Positions 1 to 9,863 of a DNA stretch of 64,000 nt are shown here, piece after piece. Made by a program: the position numbers and the translations under genes. Location: the NCBI GenBank assembly GCA_963770835.1, contig CAVYRH010000026.1:800001-864000 (forward strand). The letters run 5' to 3'. Within the stretch, counting starts at the first letter, position 1, and every line of letters starts with the position of its first letter. The notes under the pieces were generated by a model. That model was not told where the DNA came from. It was given only the letters and a program-made list of their open reading frames with translations, and did not search any database. Source of the DNA: an uncultured Pseudomonadota bacterium (lineage in GTDB: Bacteria; Oederibacteriota; Muellerivitia; Muellerivitales; Muellerivitaceae).

Positions 1-3000
1 TCCGGTGACGGTCAAGGGGATGTCATAAGTGAGGGTGTCGCCGGAGGAGGCGGTGGTTTTCGAAACCGTTTTGCCGATCAAAATCCCCGGTGTGGGCGTG
101 GGGGTCATCGTGGGCGTTTGGGTGGCCGTGGAGGTGGAGGTAGCCGTAGGCGTCAGCGTGGGTGTGTTGGTGGCGGTGTTGGTGGCCGTCTTAGTGGCGG
201 TATTGGTGGGTGTGGAAGTGGGCGTATTGGTGGGTGTGGCCGTAAACGTGAAGGTCGCGGTCGGCGTTGAAGTGGGGGTGAAGGTATCGGTGACGGTGGG
301 GGTGTTGGTGGGGGTATTGGTGGGTGTGTTGGTGGGCGTCGGTGTGGCCGAAACAGTATTGGTGGGCGTATAAGTTGGCGTGTCAGTAAAGGTGGGTGTG
401 GGGGTATCCGTCGGCGTAGACGTGTCGGTGACGGTGGGGGTGTTGGTCGGAGTGAACGTCGACGTGTTGGTGTAAGTATTAGTTGGCGTTATGGTGTCCG
501 TCGGTGTGTCCGTGGGCGTGTTAGTGAAGGTCAGCGTGGGAGTATTGGTCGGCGTGAAAGTATCGGTCACGGTGGGGGTATTGGTCGGGGTGTAAGTGGG
601 AGTAATGGTGGGGGTGTTGGTGGGAGTGGACGTGGGTGTGTTCGTGGCCGAATTGGTGGGGGTATTCGTGGGGGTGAAAGTAAATTGGGGGGTGTTGGTA
701 GGAGTTGGGGTCGCGGTGTTCGTTGGCGTAGAAGTAGGCGTCATGGTGGGAGTATTGGTCGGGGTATTGGTGGTGGTATTCGTCGGAGTAATTGTAGGTG
801 TGTTGGTGGGCGTATTGGTGGGTGTCAAGGTGGGAGTGTTGCTGGGTGTAAAGGTGGAGGTTAGGGTAGGAGTATTTGTGGGGGTGAAAGTAGGCGTGAG
901 GGTTGGAGTCAGGGTGGGTGTATTGGTAGGTGTGGGGGTAAAGGTGCAAGTGGCCACGGCCAGGGTGACGACATTGGAATACACCGCGCTGACACCCGAA
1001 GCTTGGAGGGCCGCGATGTTGGTAATGGAACCCGAGGAATTGCAGCTAACCGAACCCCACCAGGTGATGGAACCATTGGGGCCGTTGAGGATGGTGCCCG
1101 GCATGGTCCAGCTCAAGGGCGGGCCTTGGGAGAAAACCACCGAGGGCGCCCCGGAATTGGAGGAATTGTTCCCCACGTAAGCCACCCCCGTGGGGACCGT
1201 ATCCAGGACGGTGGGGTTGATGGCGGGATCAGGGGCGAAAAGCTTCAGGTCGGAGTAATAGTCAATGTTGGCCGACCCATCCGCCTGCCATCCGATCTGG
1301 TACTGCCCCCCGTTGCGGGGGGTGCAAGGTAGGGGGCTGGTGTCGTTGTAGCAAAAGGCCCAAGTGCCGGGTTCGGGGGAGTTCAGGAGCCACACCTTGC
1401 CGCAAATGGTGAGGATGCCGCCCGCATAGCTGACCTGGGCCTTGAGGGTGTACCAAGGGCCAGCCATGATAGTGGTCCCGATCGCCGGGCTCAACAGGGT
1501 GACCGGATTGGTGACGGTGCCGGCGGAGGAGTCGTTTTTCTGCAGAAATAAGTTGCCGGGGTAGTTGTCCAGCGAGATTCCGATCATGTAAGCATCACCG
1601 ACCCCCGGGGCCGAGGTGTTGTCCGCGATGACCAGGTGGGCGTCAGCCCCCGCGGGATCGTTTGCCGGTATAGAAACATTTCCCTCGACGGTGTAGGAAC
1701 TGCAAAGACTCACGGGTGGACTGTTCCGCAGAAGGGAGGTGAAATTGGTGCAAGTCACCGACTGGGCCAGGGCGGGGCAGGCGTCGGTTACGATGTAATG
1801 ATTATTTTGCGAGTCCGTGGCGACCCCAAAAGTGGCGGAGGCGTTGCCCATCGTGTAGCCCGTGCCGTCAAAACCGGTAATATTGTTATTGGAAGTGCCA
1901 ACCGTGTCGTTGTCGTAGGAGTCGAAGAATTGTAGGCTTTGGCCGCTGTGGGTGTAGGAAAGGGTATAAGTGACGTTCTGCCCTGGAAGGATGAAGGCGG
2001 GAACCTCGCTCTTCATGATTTGGAACCCGGGCCCGACGGTGACTGAGGCCGCGTTAGTGGAGGCGGGCGCCACCTGGGTGGAAGAGGTTATGGCGGTGTT
2101 GGAAATGACCGTGCCCGAGACGGGCGCGGAGGCGCCCGAGTTGACCCGGACCAGCATCCAGGCCTCACCCGCCATTTGGGTGGTGGCCGCGCCCAGGGAC
2201 CAAGTGACTCCGCTGCCAGCGGCCGCGCCGGGGCCGGCCCCGGTTTCGGTTCCGGGGGGGCCTGTCAAGACCAGGGTGGTATTGGCCGGAACGGTGTCGG
2301 TGATGGTGAAAGTATCGGTGTTCACGAAACTGTAGTCGATCCGGAAGAGGACCAGGTCACCCGGGTTCACCGTGGTTCCGCTCATCTCAGCACTTTTAAC
2401 GGCCGTGATGCCGGGGGGTGGCAGGGGGATGGTGATCGGCGCCGAGGCCTGGTTGCTTTCGGAAGGGCCGCATGTCAGGCTCCCGTAACCGCCTGCCGCC
2501 ACGATTACGTTGTAGACTCCGCCGACGGTGGCGTTCGCGGGAATGGTCAAAACCCAGGTCACCGAATGGTTGGTGCAAGACGAACCCGGATTGTCCAGAC
2601 CGTCATACAAACCCATGTCATTGTTGCTGGTGCAACCCACGGAGCAGGGGTTCACTTCATTCCGGTTGGTTCCGTTTTTATCCACCAGGAAAATTTGTCC
2701 ACTCGTACCGCAAGGCTGAAGGGTAGTGGCATTGCTGTTGATGGCCACGGTGAATTCTGTGCCGGCGGTGCCGGGGTTGGGGCCGTTTCCATTGACAGTG
2801 CTGCAATAATTGACCACTACTGTGATGGAAGAGCCGGGAGAAGGATTAGGGGGGGAGATGGAAACGCAAAGATTGGGGACGTCGCTGGGGTTGGTGACGC
2901 AAGCCGACTGGGCGAAGAGGGGAACCGGGCTGAGGGACAGCCAGAGAAAAATCAACCGGGTGGGGCTCCAACCGGCCAGGGGAACCCCGCCGGTTCTTGA

Positions 3001-3111
3001 GCTCAAAAGCGAGCAGGGGCCGGGGCTGGCATTCCCTCTTAAGTTCTTATCCCAGAAGCGAAGTAAGGCCTTCGCTTTTGGAAAAGGTGAGTTGACAGAC
3101 TTCTTTTCCAA
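1..3111 (-). CDS. Large secreted/surface protein with multiple DUF11-like (Ig-like) domains, a nested lectin-like domain and a long Thr/Pro linker; 3' end outside window
   Basis: Manual translation of the - strand (sampled; the ORF track shows no stop-bounded ORF in this frame). Upstream in-frame TGA at 3174-3172; TTG at 3111 after GAGGAA. Signal peptide [20 protein letters not shown]11-like motifs [52 protein letters not shown] repeats ~90-950. Confidence 0.85.
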   Translation of the reverse strand, partial: MEKKSVNSPFPKAKALLRFWDKNLRGNASPGPCSLLSSRTGGVPLAGWSPTRLIFLWLSLSPVPLFAQSACVTNPSDVPNLCVSISPPNPSPGSSITVVVNYCSTVNGNGPNPGTAGTEFTVAINSNATTLQPCGTSGQIFLVDKNGTNRNEVNPCSVGCTSNNDMGLYDGLDNPGSSCTNHSVTWVLTIPANATVGGVYNVIVAAGGYGSLTCGPSESNQASAPITIPLPPPGITAVKSAEMSGTTVNPGDLVLFRIDYSFVNTDTFTITDTVPANTTLVLTGPPGTETGAGPGAAAGSGVTWSLGAATTQMAGEAWMLVRVNSGASAPVSGTVISNTAITSSTQVAPASTNAASVTVGPGFQIMKSEVPAFILPGQNVTYTLSYTHSGQSLQFFDSYDNDTVGTSNNNITGFDGTGYTMGNASATFGVATDSQNNHYIVTDACPALAQSVTCTNFTSLLRNSPPVSLCSSYTVEGNVSIPANDPAGADAHLVIADNTSAPGVGDAYMIGISLDNYPGNLFLQKNDSSAGTVTNPVTLLSPAIGTTIMAGPWYTLKAQVSYAGGILTICGKVWLLNSPEPGTWAFCYNDTSPLPCTPRNGGQYQIGWQADGSANIDYYSDLKLFAPDPAINPTVLDTVPTGVAYVGNNSSNSGAPSVVFSQGPPLSWTMPGTILNGPNGSITWWGSVSCNSSGSITNIAALQASGVSAVYSNVVTLAVATCTFTPTPTNTPTLTPTLTPTFTPTNTPTLTSTFTPSNTPTLTPTNTPTNTPTITPTNTTTNTPTNTPTMTPTSTPTNTATPTPTNTPQFTFTPTNTPTNSATNTPTSTPTNTPTITPTYTPTNTPTVTDTFTPTNTPTLTFTNTPTDTPTDTITPTNTYTNTSTFTPTNTPTVTDTSTPTDTPTPTFTDTPTYTPTNTVSATPTPTNTPTNTPTNTPTVTDTFTPTSTPTATFTFTATPTNTPTSTPTNTATKTATNTATNTPTLTPTATSTSTATQTPTMTPTPTPGILIGKTVSKTTASSGDTLTYDIPLTVTG
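90..950 (-). repeat. Low-complexity Thr/Pro ([11 protein letters not shown]) coding repeat
   Basis: Degenerate ggtgggggtgttggt-like tandem units; gives Val/Gly shadow ORFs on the + strand. Confidence 0.95.
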
Positions 3112-3568
3112 GAGATGTTCCTCGCCCGGGGGGCACCCCGGCCTTCGGGTGAAAGTTGAATAGGCTTTATTTCAAAGGAAAACCCCTAAAACAATATGAG
3201 TCAAAGTTTAAAGCGGTTTAAGTATAAATTTACCGCTGTAATATCCTTATCTCAACGGAAAATCTAAGAAAGCTTGCCCGCCGTTTTACAATTTGGGTTG
3301 AACTTTAAAGTTTAACGGGCTTTAACGTTGAACGGAAATTTCAAACCTTGGGGGTTTGAACACTCCTTCTTCAGCCAGGTATATCATTTTTACTTTTTCG
3401 GCCTATAACATCCCTCCCCCGGTTGAGACTTATGGAGAAGAATCCCCCCTGTACCCTCAAGATCAAGACCAAAGGGCAAGGGCGAAATAGGTCCATTTTT
3501 AAAACGGGGGTATTACTGTATCTATTATGAGGGGATATTAAATTTTTAACTTTCTTTTGGAGAAGACT

Positions 3569-3790
3569 ATGGAAAGAATTAAAAATGTCCCATCAGCTTT
3601 CTCCCTAGTTTATTCCACGGCTCCGGTTTCTTCAGAGGCAACCGAAAGGGGTTTGGGACCGCATCCGTTAACCGGTTTGACGGAGAAAAAGGCTTGGGAG
3701 GAAATCATGAAAAAGAGGTTTGAAACATTTGAGGAGTTCGGCGGGGGGATTTATCGGAGGCTTGTGGTTTTTTGCAAAGATGCCCAATGA
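3569..3790 (+). CDS. Small hypothetical protein
   Basis: GGAGAAG before ATG 3569; its stop overlaps the next start (ATGA). Confidence 0.4.
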   Translation: MERIKNVPSAFSLVYSTAPVSSEATERGLGPHPLTGLTEKKAWEEIMKKRFETFEEFGGGIYRRLVVFCKDAQ

Positions 3791-4440
3791 AAACTAGCTT
3801 GGTTTTTATACCCGGATTGGGAGCCGACAGGCGCCTTTTTCTCCATCAACAAAAGGCTTTTAAAAACTCCATGGCTCCACCCTGGCTTGCCCCACGAAAA
3901 GATGAATCCTTGGCCCGCTACGCCCAGCGTTGGGCCCGGCAATTAAAACTAAAGCCAGGCTGTGTCTTGGCGGGTGTTTCTTTCGGAGGCATGGTGGTCC
4001 TGGAGATGGCCCAGTGGGTTAGCCCCAAGGCCGTCTTATTAATCGGCAGTTGCCGCTCACCGGCTTCCATCCCTTTCCATTTGAAATGGGCCGGGAGTCT
4101 TCCTGCTTGGCCCTGTTTTTCCAAGCGGCCTTGCCGTGTTTTTCCCATTACCGGTGGTTATTTTTTGGGGGCTAAAACCTCGAGCCAGCGTGGTCTTCTT
4201 ATTCAAATGTTCCTGGAAACTCCCAGTAATTTCGCGAAATGGACCGTGGAGGCCATTTTTGGTTGGGAGGGTTGCGTGCCGACTGGAACAAGGGTTTACC
4301 ACATTCACGGGGAAAAGGACCATTTGATACCGCTGAAGGGAGTCAAACCCGACCGGGTTGTCCGGGGCGGCGGCCATCTGATCAATTTGACCCATCCCGG
4401 AGAAGTGAATAAATTCATCCAAGAATGTCTTCGGAAGTAA
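3787..4440 (+). CDS. Alpha/beta fold hydrolase
   Basis: IPGLGAD oxyanion region, GVSFGG nucleophile elbow, HGEKD, GGGH. Confidence 0.9.
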   Translation: MKTSLVFIPGLGADRRLFLHQQKAFKNSMAPPWLAPRKDESLARYAQRWARQLKLKPGCVLAGVSFGGMVVLEMAQWVSPKAVLLIGSCRSPASIPFHLKWAGSLPAWPCFSKRPCRVFPITGGYFLGAKTSSQRGLLIQMFLETPSNFAKWTVEAIFGWEGCVPTGTRVYHIHGEKDHLIPLKGVKPDRVVRGGGHLINLTHPGEVNKFIQECLRK

Positions 4441-4454
4441 AAGCGCCCGAAACG

Positions 4455-4489
4455 AAAAAAGGCCGCCCCTTTTAGGGAGCGGCCTTTTT
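4455..4489. terminator. Bidirectional rho-independent terminator
   Basis: AAAAAAGGCCGC...GCGGCCTTTTT between convergent genes. Confidence 0.85.
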
Positions 4490-4501
4490 GTTGCGGCTGT
4501 C

Positions 4502-4819
4502 TTAGTTGACCAGCTTGTTCACGTCCGGGCGCTTCGGAGGGTCGTTGGCCGGGCGGGTGGCCACCGGGGGGTTATTCTTGAAAGACGGGGCCAATTCGGC
4601 GTTGATCTTGGCGTATTCGGGGTCCTTGCCTGCATCTTCCACGATGGCGCCGATCGGGCAGGCGGAATAACAGCTGGTGCACTCCGTGCATTCCTCGGGA
4701 TCGATGATCATAAAAGCTTGATTCTTGTATTGCCCGGGGTGAATGCAATTCACGGGGCACACATCCACGCATTGGGCGTAAACCTCACCCAGGCACTTCT
4801 CGGTAATGACATACGGCAT
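4502..4819 (-). CDS. 7Fe (3Fe-4S/4Fe-4S) ferredoxin
   Basis: MPYVIT-C...CVDVCPVNC and CTECTSCYSACP motifs; AAGGAGG RBS. Confidence 0.92.
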   Translation of the reverse strand: MPYVITEKCLGEVYAQCVDVCPVNCIHPGQYKNQAFMIIDPEECTECTSCYSACPIGAIVEDAGKDPEYAKINAELAPSFKNNPPVATRPANDPPKRPDVNKLVN

Positions 4820-4960
4820 GACACGCCTCCTTGGAAATTCACTCTCCCGCTTTACGGGAGGGGTTTGAAGCCTCTTCGACCACCAAAGCCCGCATAGTTT
4901 AGAAGAGCGGGCCTTTCTTTCGCAAGGCCAATTTTGAATTTTTTCCCGTTAAAAGGCCTC

Positions 4961-4989
4961 TTTACGTCGCCCGAAGGGAATGATAGTTT
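4961..4989 (+). promoter_or_regulatory. Putative sigma70 promoter for dnaJ
   Basis: TTTACG-17 nt-TAGTTT with TGn extended -10. Confidence 0.45.
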
Positions 4990-5130
4990 GAGGGAGCTTC
5001 GTGGGCCGGTTGAAACTTTCCGGCTTTCAGAAACCGCGCCCACCCCGGTTCAACATTATTGAAAGCTCGCTTTCTTCTTCTTAAATTTTTCTCAACAAAA
5101 CAGAAAAGCGAGCAAAGCACGAAGGAAAAT

Positions 5131-6291
5131 ATGGCCGCCAAAAGAGATTATTACGAAGTCCTAGGCGTTCCGCGGGGATCCTCGGCGGAAGACATCAAGA
5201 AGGCCTTCCGGACCCTGGCCAAAAAATACCATCCGGACGCGAGCCCCAATAATAAGGAAGCCGAGGAGAAGTTTAAGGAAATCAACGAAGCCTATGAGGT
5301 TTTGTCCGATTCCCAGAAAAAAGCCGCCTATGACCAATTTGGCCACTCGGGGGTGGGCACGGGTGGGCCCGGGGGTTTCGGGGGCGGGGGATTCAGGCCC
5401 CAGGATTTCGGGAACTCGGCCGATTTTGAGGATATTTTCGGAGATGTTTTCAGCAATTTCTTCGGCGGAGGCCCGGCTGGCCGCGGAGGCCGGCCCCGCA
5501 ACCAGGCCCAGGAAGGCGACGACCTTCGGTACGATTTGAACCTGACCTTTGAGGAAGCGGCCTTCGGGACGTCCAAGGACATCAAAGTCCATAAGCTGGC
5601 GACCTGTGAGTCCTGCCATGGATCGGGTGCCAAGCCCGGGTCGGGGAGGGTGGTGTGTCCCACCTGCAAGGGAACAGGCCAGATCCGCTCCACCCAGGGT
5701 TTTTTCACCATCGCCCGCACCTGCACCCGTTGCGGCGGACAAGGCGAGATGCCGGGCAGCCCCTGCCCGGCCTGTAAGGGCCATGGAAGGGTGGAAAAAG
5801 AAAGGACCATCAACGTCAAGGTGCCGGCAGGGGTGGATGAGGGTTCGCGCCTGCGCTTAAGGGGCGAAGGGGAAGCGGGGTTGAACGGCGGCCCCGCAGG
5901 CGACCTTTACGTTTTTCTCCACGTGGAAGCCCACGATTTTTTCGAGCGGGACGGCAGCGACCTGCACTGTGAAATTCCCATTTCCTTCCCCCAGGCCGCC
6001 ATGGGGTTTGAATTGGAAGCGCCCACACTGGAAGGCTCCGTCAAAATGAAAATCCCGGCGGGGACCCAATCTGGAAAAGTCTTCCGGCTCAGGGAGAAGG
6101 GATTGAAGAATCCACAGCAGGAAGGTATAGGTGACCTGCTGGTCACGGTTACGGTGGAGACGCCCACGGATTTGAATTCCAAACAAAAGAAATTGTTGGA
6201 GGAGTTCGCTGCCCTTTCGGAGGAAAACAATACTCCCCAAATTACCAAGTTCATGAACAAGATGAAAAACTTCTTCGTTCGGAAGAAATGA
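5131..6291 (+). CDS. dnaJ: Chaperone DnaJ
   Basis: J-domain HPD, G/F region, four CxxCxGxG repeats; ATG 5131 after GAAGGA. Confidence 0.98.
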   Translation: MAAKRDYYEVLGVPRGSSAEDIKKAFRTLAKKYHPDASPNNKEAEEKFKEINEAYEVLSDSQKKAAYDQFGHSGVGTGGPGGFGGGGFRPQDFGNSADFEDIFGDVFSNFFGGGPAGRGGRPRNQAQEGDDLRYDLNLTFEEAAFGTSKDIKVHKLATCESCHGSGAKPGSGRVVCPTCKGTGQIRSTQGFFTIARTCTRCGGQGEMPGSPCPACKGHGRVEKERTINVKVPAGVDEGSRLRLRGEGEAGLNGGPAGDLYVFLHVEAHDFFERDGSDLHCEIPISFPQAAMGFELEAPTLEGSVKMKIPAGTQSGKVFRLREKGLKNPQQEGIGDLLVTVTVETPTDLNSKQKKLLEEFAALSEENNTPQITKFMNKMKNFFVRKK

Positions 6292-6325
6292 CCCCCAGGG
6301 AATTCGCATTACACCCAAGCGCTTC

Positions 6326-7090
6326 GTGATGAGTTTTATTCCAAGGCTGTACCTGCCTCCGGTTCCCAAGGATCAAACCGAATTGATAATGGACGAATCT
6401 GCCACGCGGTACCTTGTTAAAGTTCTCCGAATGGCGGAGGGGGCCCGCTTTTGGGGGTTTGACGCCCAGGGGCACCAATACGAATTGGCCCTGAAAAAGG
6501 TGGAGCTTCCACAAGCCCTCGCCACTGTCTTGTCTCGCCGGGACCCGCCATCGGGTTCGCAAAGCCTGTCGCTGACACTGGGGCAAGGTCTTCCGAAATC
6601 CTCCAAGATGGATTTGATCCTGCGGCAGGGAACGGAAGCCGGAATCCATCGTTTTGTTCCATTGGTCACTCAACGAAGCATCTCGAGACCCGATGCTTCC
6701 CAATATGATCATAAAAATGATAGATGGCAGAAGATCCTCGTGGAAGCTTGCCGACAATGCGGCCGCAATGACGTGCCCCAGTTGGAACCCGTCACTGCTT
6801 GGAAGGATTTATTAAAGACTTTTGGTGAATACGATTTGGTGCTTTTGCCTTATGAAAAAGACGCTCCGACCTTAAAATCGGCGTTAGAATCGAAACAGGG
6901 GGCCCGGAAGATCCTCATTTTGGTGGGGCCTGAGGGAGGATGGGCCGGGGAAGAACTCAAGGAAGCGGTGCTTCAAGACGCATTTGCCGTGCACTTGCCG
7001 ACCCCCATTCTCCGGACCGAAACGGCGGGCCTTGCCATCGTTTCAATGATACAATTTTTTTATAGTTCGCCGATGGAAAGCGAAAAATGA
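6326..7090 (+). CDS. rsmE: 16S rRNA m3U1498 methyltransferase
   Basis: VLRM, EACRQCGR, VGPEGGW, ILRTETAG motifs. Confidence 0.95.
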   Translation: MMSFIPRLYLPPVPKDQTELIMDESATRYLVKVLRMAEGARFWGFDAQGHQYELALKKVELPQALATVLSRRDPPSGSQSLSLTLGQGLPKSSKMDLILRQGTEAGIHRFVPLVTQRSISRPDASQYDHKNDRWQKILVEACRQCGRNDVPQLEPVTAWKDLLKTFGEYDLVLLPYEKDAPTLKSALESKQGARKILILVGPEGGWAGEELKEAVLQDAFAVHLPTPILRTETAGLAIVSMIQFFYSSPMESEK

Positions 7091-7962
7091 AATCCGCGCG
7101 AAGCCAAAAACCTGATATGACCGGTTGGACCCAATTGGTTTTCATTCTAGGATACTCCCTGCAACACTCACTTTCGCCTCTCTTGCATAACGCGGTCTTC
7201 CGGGCCCTTCGAATGCCTTGGGTTTACGCGCCCCTGGAAATTCCAAAGAACCTTGTGAAAAACGCCGTTGAAATACTCCGTTCCACCAACGTCCAAGGCG
7301 CTAATGTTACCGTTCCTTATAAAGAAGAAGTACTACCCCATCTCGATCAAGTGGATAAGGACGCCGCCGGACTGGGCTCGGTCAATACCATTTACCGGCG
7401 GGGCGAAAAACTCTTCGGAGCTTCCACCGACGGAGAAGGTTTTTTAAGGTCCCTGGGACCTTGGCGGAAAAAGTTGAAGGGCTCCCAAGGACTGTTGTTG
7501 GGCGCTGGCGGGGCCGCCCGACCTGTAGCCGAAGCCTTGGCCCGGTCGGGAGTTCGGGGCATCTTCGTGGCCAACCGATCCCCGGAACGGGCCCGATACC
7601 TTGTCCGGCTTCTTTCCAAACGACACCCCCGGCTTCAATCAGGCGCCGTTTCGGTGACAGAAAGCGAAAAACTTTTGAACAGGTGCGACTGGGTGGTCCA
7701 ATCCACTTCCCTCGGTTTGAAGGCCGGTGACCCCTCACCCCTCTCCCTTAAAAACGCCCGGGCAGCGACCCTGATGGTGGATCTGATTTATCACCGTGAG
7801 ACGGCTTTCCTCAAGGAAGCCAGACGATTCCGTTTTCCAAGCCTGGACGGAACAGGGATGTTGCTGCACCAAGGCGCATTGTCCTTTGAGTATTGGACGG
7901 GCCGGAAGGCGCCCCTGAACGTAATGCGCTATGTGCTGTCGCGGCGTCCAGCTTCATCCTAA
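7087..7962 (+). CDS. aroE: Shikimate dehydrogenase
   Basis: HSLSPLLHN, GANVTVPYK, GAGGAA, NRS motifs. Confidence 0.96.
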   Translation: MKSARSQKPDMTGWTQLVFILGYSLQHSLSPLLHNAVFRALRMPWVYAPLEIPKNLVKNAVEILRSTNVQGANVTVPYKEEVLPHLDQVDKDAAGLGSVNTIYRRGEKLFGASTDGEGFLRSLGPWRKKLKGSQGLLLGAGGAARPVAEALARSGVRGIFVANRSPERARYLVRLLSKRHPRLQSGAVSVTESEKLLNRCDWVVQSTSLGLKAGDPSPLSLKNARAATLMVDLIYHRETAFLKEARRFRFPSLDGTGMLLHQGALSFEYWTGRKAPLNVMRYVLSRRPASS

Positions 7963-7989
7963 CCCTTGGGTGAGGCGCCCCGACAATCG

Positions 7990-8018
7990 TTGACTTCATT
8001 TTTCTTCGATTCTATACT
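7990..8018 (+). promoter_or_regulatory. sigma70 promoter for pilB operon
   Basis: TTGACT-17 nt-TATACT. Confidence 0.65.
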
Positions 8019-8070
8019 TCTTTTAAGATGTTGATGATCCAACGGTATTCAATCCAGCCGAGGTGTTTCA

Positions 8071-9828
8071 ATGCCTGAATCCATGAAAAAACGCCTGGGC
8101 GAAATGCTGGTGGATGAAGGCATTATCTCGGAGGAACAGCTTCAAGAAGCCCTCCATGAGCAGAAGATCAAGGGCGGCCGGCTCGAGAAAATCCTCATCA
8201 GCCAGGGTTATGTCACCCAGGATGTTATTATGGCCTTTGTGGGGACCCAGTTGGGTATCCCCCATGTCAGCCTGACCGAAATTGGCGATATCCCCAACGA
8301 CGTGGTTTTTTCCGTCCCCGAATCTATCGCGATCAACCATTGCCTCATCCCAATCGTTAAAAAAGACAAAAAACTGACCGTCGCCATGGCCGATCCGCTG
8401 AACGTTTTCGCCATCGACGACATCAAAATGATGACGGGTTTCGAAGTAGAACCGGCCATCGCCAGTGAAACCGAAATCAAATCCTTGCAGGCCAAGTATT
8501 ACGGGGCGGCGTCCGGAGGCGGAGGGGGCGGTGGCCCGGAAGCTGGCGGCGACATGCAGGAAATCATCAATTCCATGGGCGGCGGAGACAATTTGGAAGT
8601 CATGGAAGAGAAGCAAGAGGACATGGACATTTCCAAATTGGAGGCCGCGGGCGAGGATGCCCCGGTGGTCCGCTTGGTCAACCTGATCCTGACGGAAGCG
8701 GTCCGGGCGAACGCCAGCGACATCCACGTTGAACCTTACGAGAAAAGCCTCCGCTGCCGCTACCGGATTGACGGGGTCCTCCACGAAGTCCAATCACCTC
8801 CCCGATCCCTTTCCGCAGCCATTTCCTCTCGTATCAAGATCATGTCTTCGCTCGACATCGCCGAGCGGCGCCTGCCTCAAGACGGGCGTATTAAAATCAA
8901 GGTTTTGGGAAAGGAAATTGACCTTCGCGTTTCAGTTTGCCCCGTCCAATTCGGCGAAAAGATCGTCATGCGTATTTTGGATTCTTCCAACCTGTCCCTG
9001 GATCTTCCCAAACTTGGGTTCGAGGACGACATCCTGCCGAAATTTGAGAAGGCGATCGTCGAACCCTATGGCATGGTGCTGGTAACGGGACCGACTGGAT
9101 CGGGTAAATCAACGACCCTTTATTCCGCCCTCCATTACATCAACAATCCCGATACTAATATCTCCACTATTGAGGATCCGGTGGAATACAACCTGCCGGG
9201 CATCAACCAGGTGAACGCCAAGGCCGGTATTGGTTTGACCTTTGCCGCCGGGTTGAGGTCGTTCTTGCGGCAAGACCCGGATGTGATCATGGTGGGAGAA
9301 ATCCGGGACAAGGAAACTGCGGAGGTTGCCATTAACGCGGCTTTGACCGGCCACTTGGTTTTTTCCACCCTCCATACCAACGATGCGCCGGGAGCCGTGA
9401 CGCGGATGACCAATATGGGCGTGGAACCGTTCCTCATCACTTCCACCGTCCATTGCGTGGTGGCGCAAAGATTGTTGCGCCGCATTTGCAAGGATTGTAA
9501 GGAATCCTATGAGGCCCCGCCGGAAGTTTTGGAGGAGATCGGCCTCAGTCCCAGCGCCGGCGAGCCCGTGATGTTATACCGGGGACGGGGTTGCGCGACC
9601 TGTTCTAGCACGGGTTACAAGGGACGTATGGCGATCCACGAGGTATTAGTTTCGAGCGAGGAATTTAAAAGAGGCGTGCTTCAAAGGAAGCCGACTTCCG
9701 AACTTAAAAAAGTTTGCCGGGAGGCGGGTATGCAGACCCTCCGGGAGTGCGGCGTAAAAAAAGTTTTAAAAGGTTTGACGTCCGTGGAGGAGCTTTTGCG
9801 CGTGGCCCACGCGGATGAGGCGGAGTAA
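8071..9828 (+). CDS. pilB: Type IV pilus assembly ATPase with N-terminal MshEN domain
   Basis: ASDIHVEP, GPTGSGKST, LRQDPD, Zn tetracysteine motif; precedes pilT/pilC. Confidence 0.96.
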   Translation: MPESMKKRLGEMLVDEGIISEEQLQEALHEQKIKGGRLEKILISQGYVTQDVIMAFVGTQLGIPHVSLTEIGDIPNDVVFSVPESIAINHCLIPIVKKDKKLTVAMADPLNVFAIDDIKMMTGFEVEPAIASETEIKSLQAKYYGAASGGGGGGGPEAGGDMQEIINSMGGGDNLEVMEEKQEDMDISKLEAAGEDAPVVRLVNLILTEAVRANASDIHVEPYEKSLRCRYRIDGVLHEVQSPPRSLSAAISSRIKIMSSLDIAERRLPQDGRIKIKVLGKEIDLRVSVCPVQFGEKIVMRILDSSNLSLDLPKLGFEDDILPKFEKAIVEPYGMVLVTGPTGSGKSTTLYSALHYINNPDTNISTIEDPVEYNLPGINQVNAKAGIGLTFAAGLRSFLRQDPDVIMVGEIRDKETAEVAINAALTGHLVFSTLHTNDAPGAVTRMTNMGVEPFLITSTVHCVVAQRLLRRICKDCKESYEAPPEVLEEIGLSPSAGEPVMLYRGRGCATCSSTGYKGRMAIHEVLVSSEEFKRGVLQRKPTSELKKVCREAGMQTLRECGVKKVLKGLTSVEELLRVAHADEAE

Positions 9829-9863
9829 AGACGATACCTCGCAAAAGGAGAAGATGAGATTCC

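Noticed and set aside
90..950. Possible CRISPR or non-coding repeat array
   Set aside because: Degenerate codon-periodic repeats with no fixed repeat-spacer structure; protein-coding
29..3163. Val/Gly-rich + strand ORFs and a His-rich - strand ORF
   Set aside because: Shadow frames of the Thr/Pro-rich gene on the - strand
3172..3560. c-di-GMP or c-di-AMP riboswitch upstream of the surface protein
   Set aside because: Consensus motifs not recognisable on either strand by eye; an Rfam scan would be needed to exclude fully
4820..5130. CIRCE element or SRP RNA upstream of dnaJ
   Set aside because: No TTAGCACTC-N9-GAGTGCTAA and no SRP domain IV motif seen
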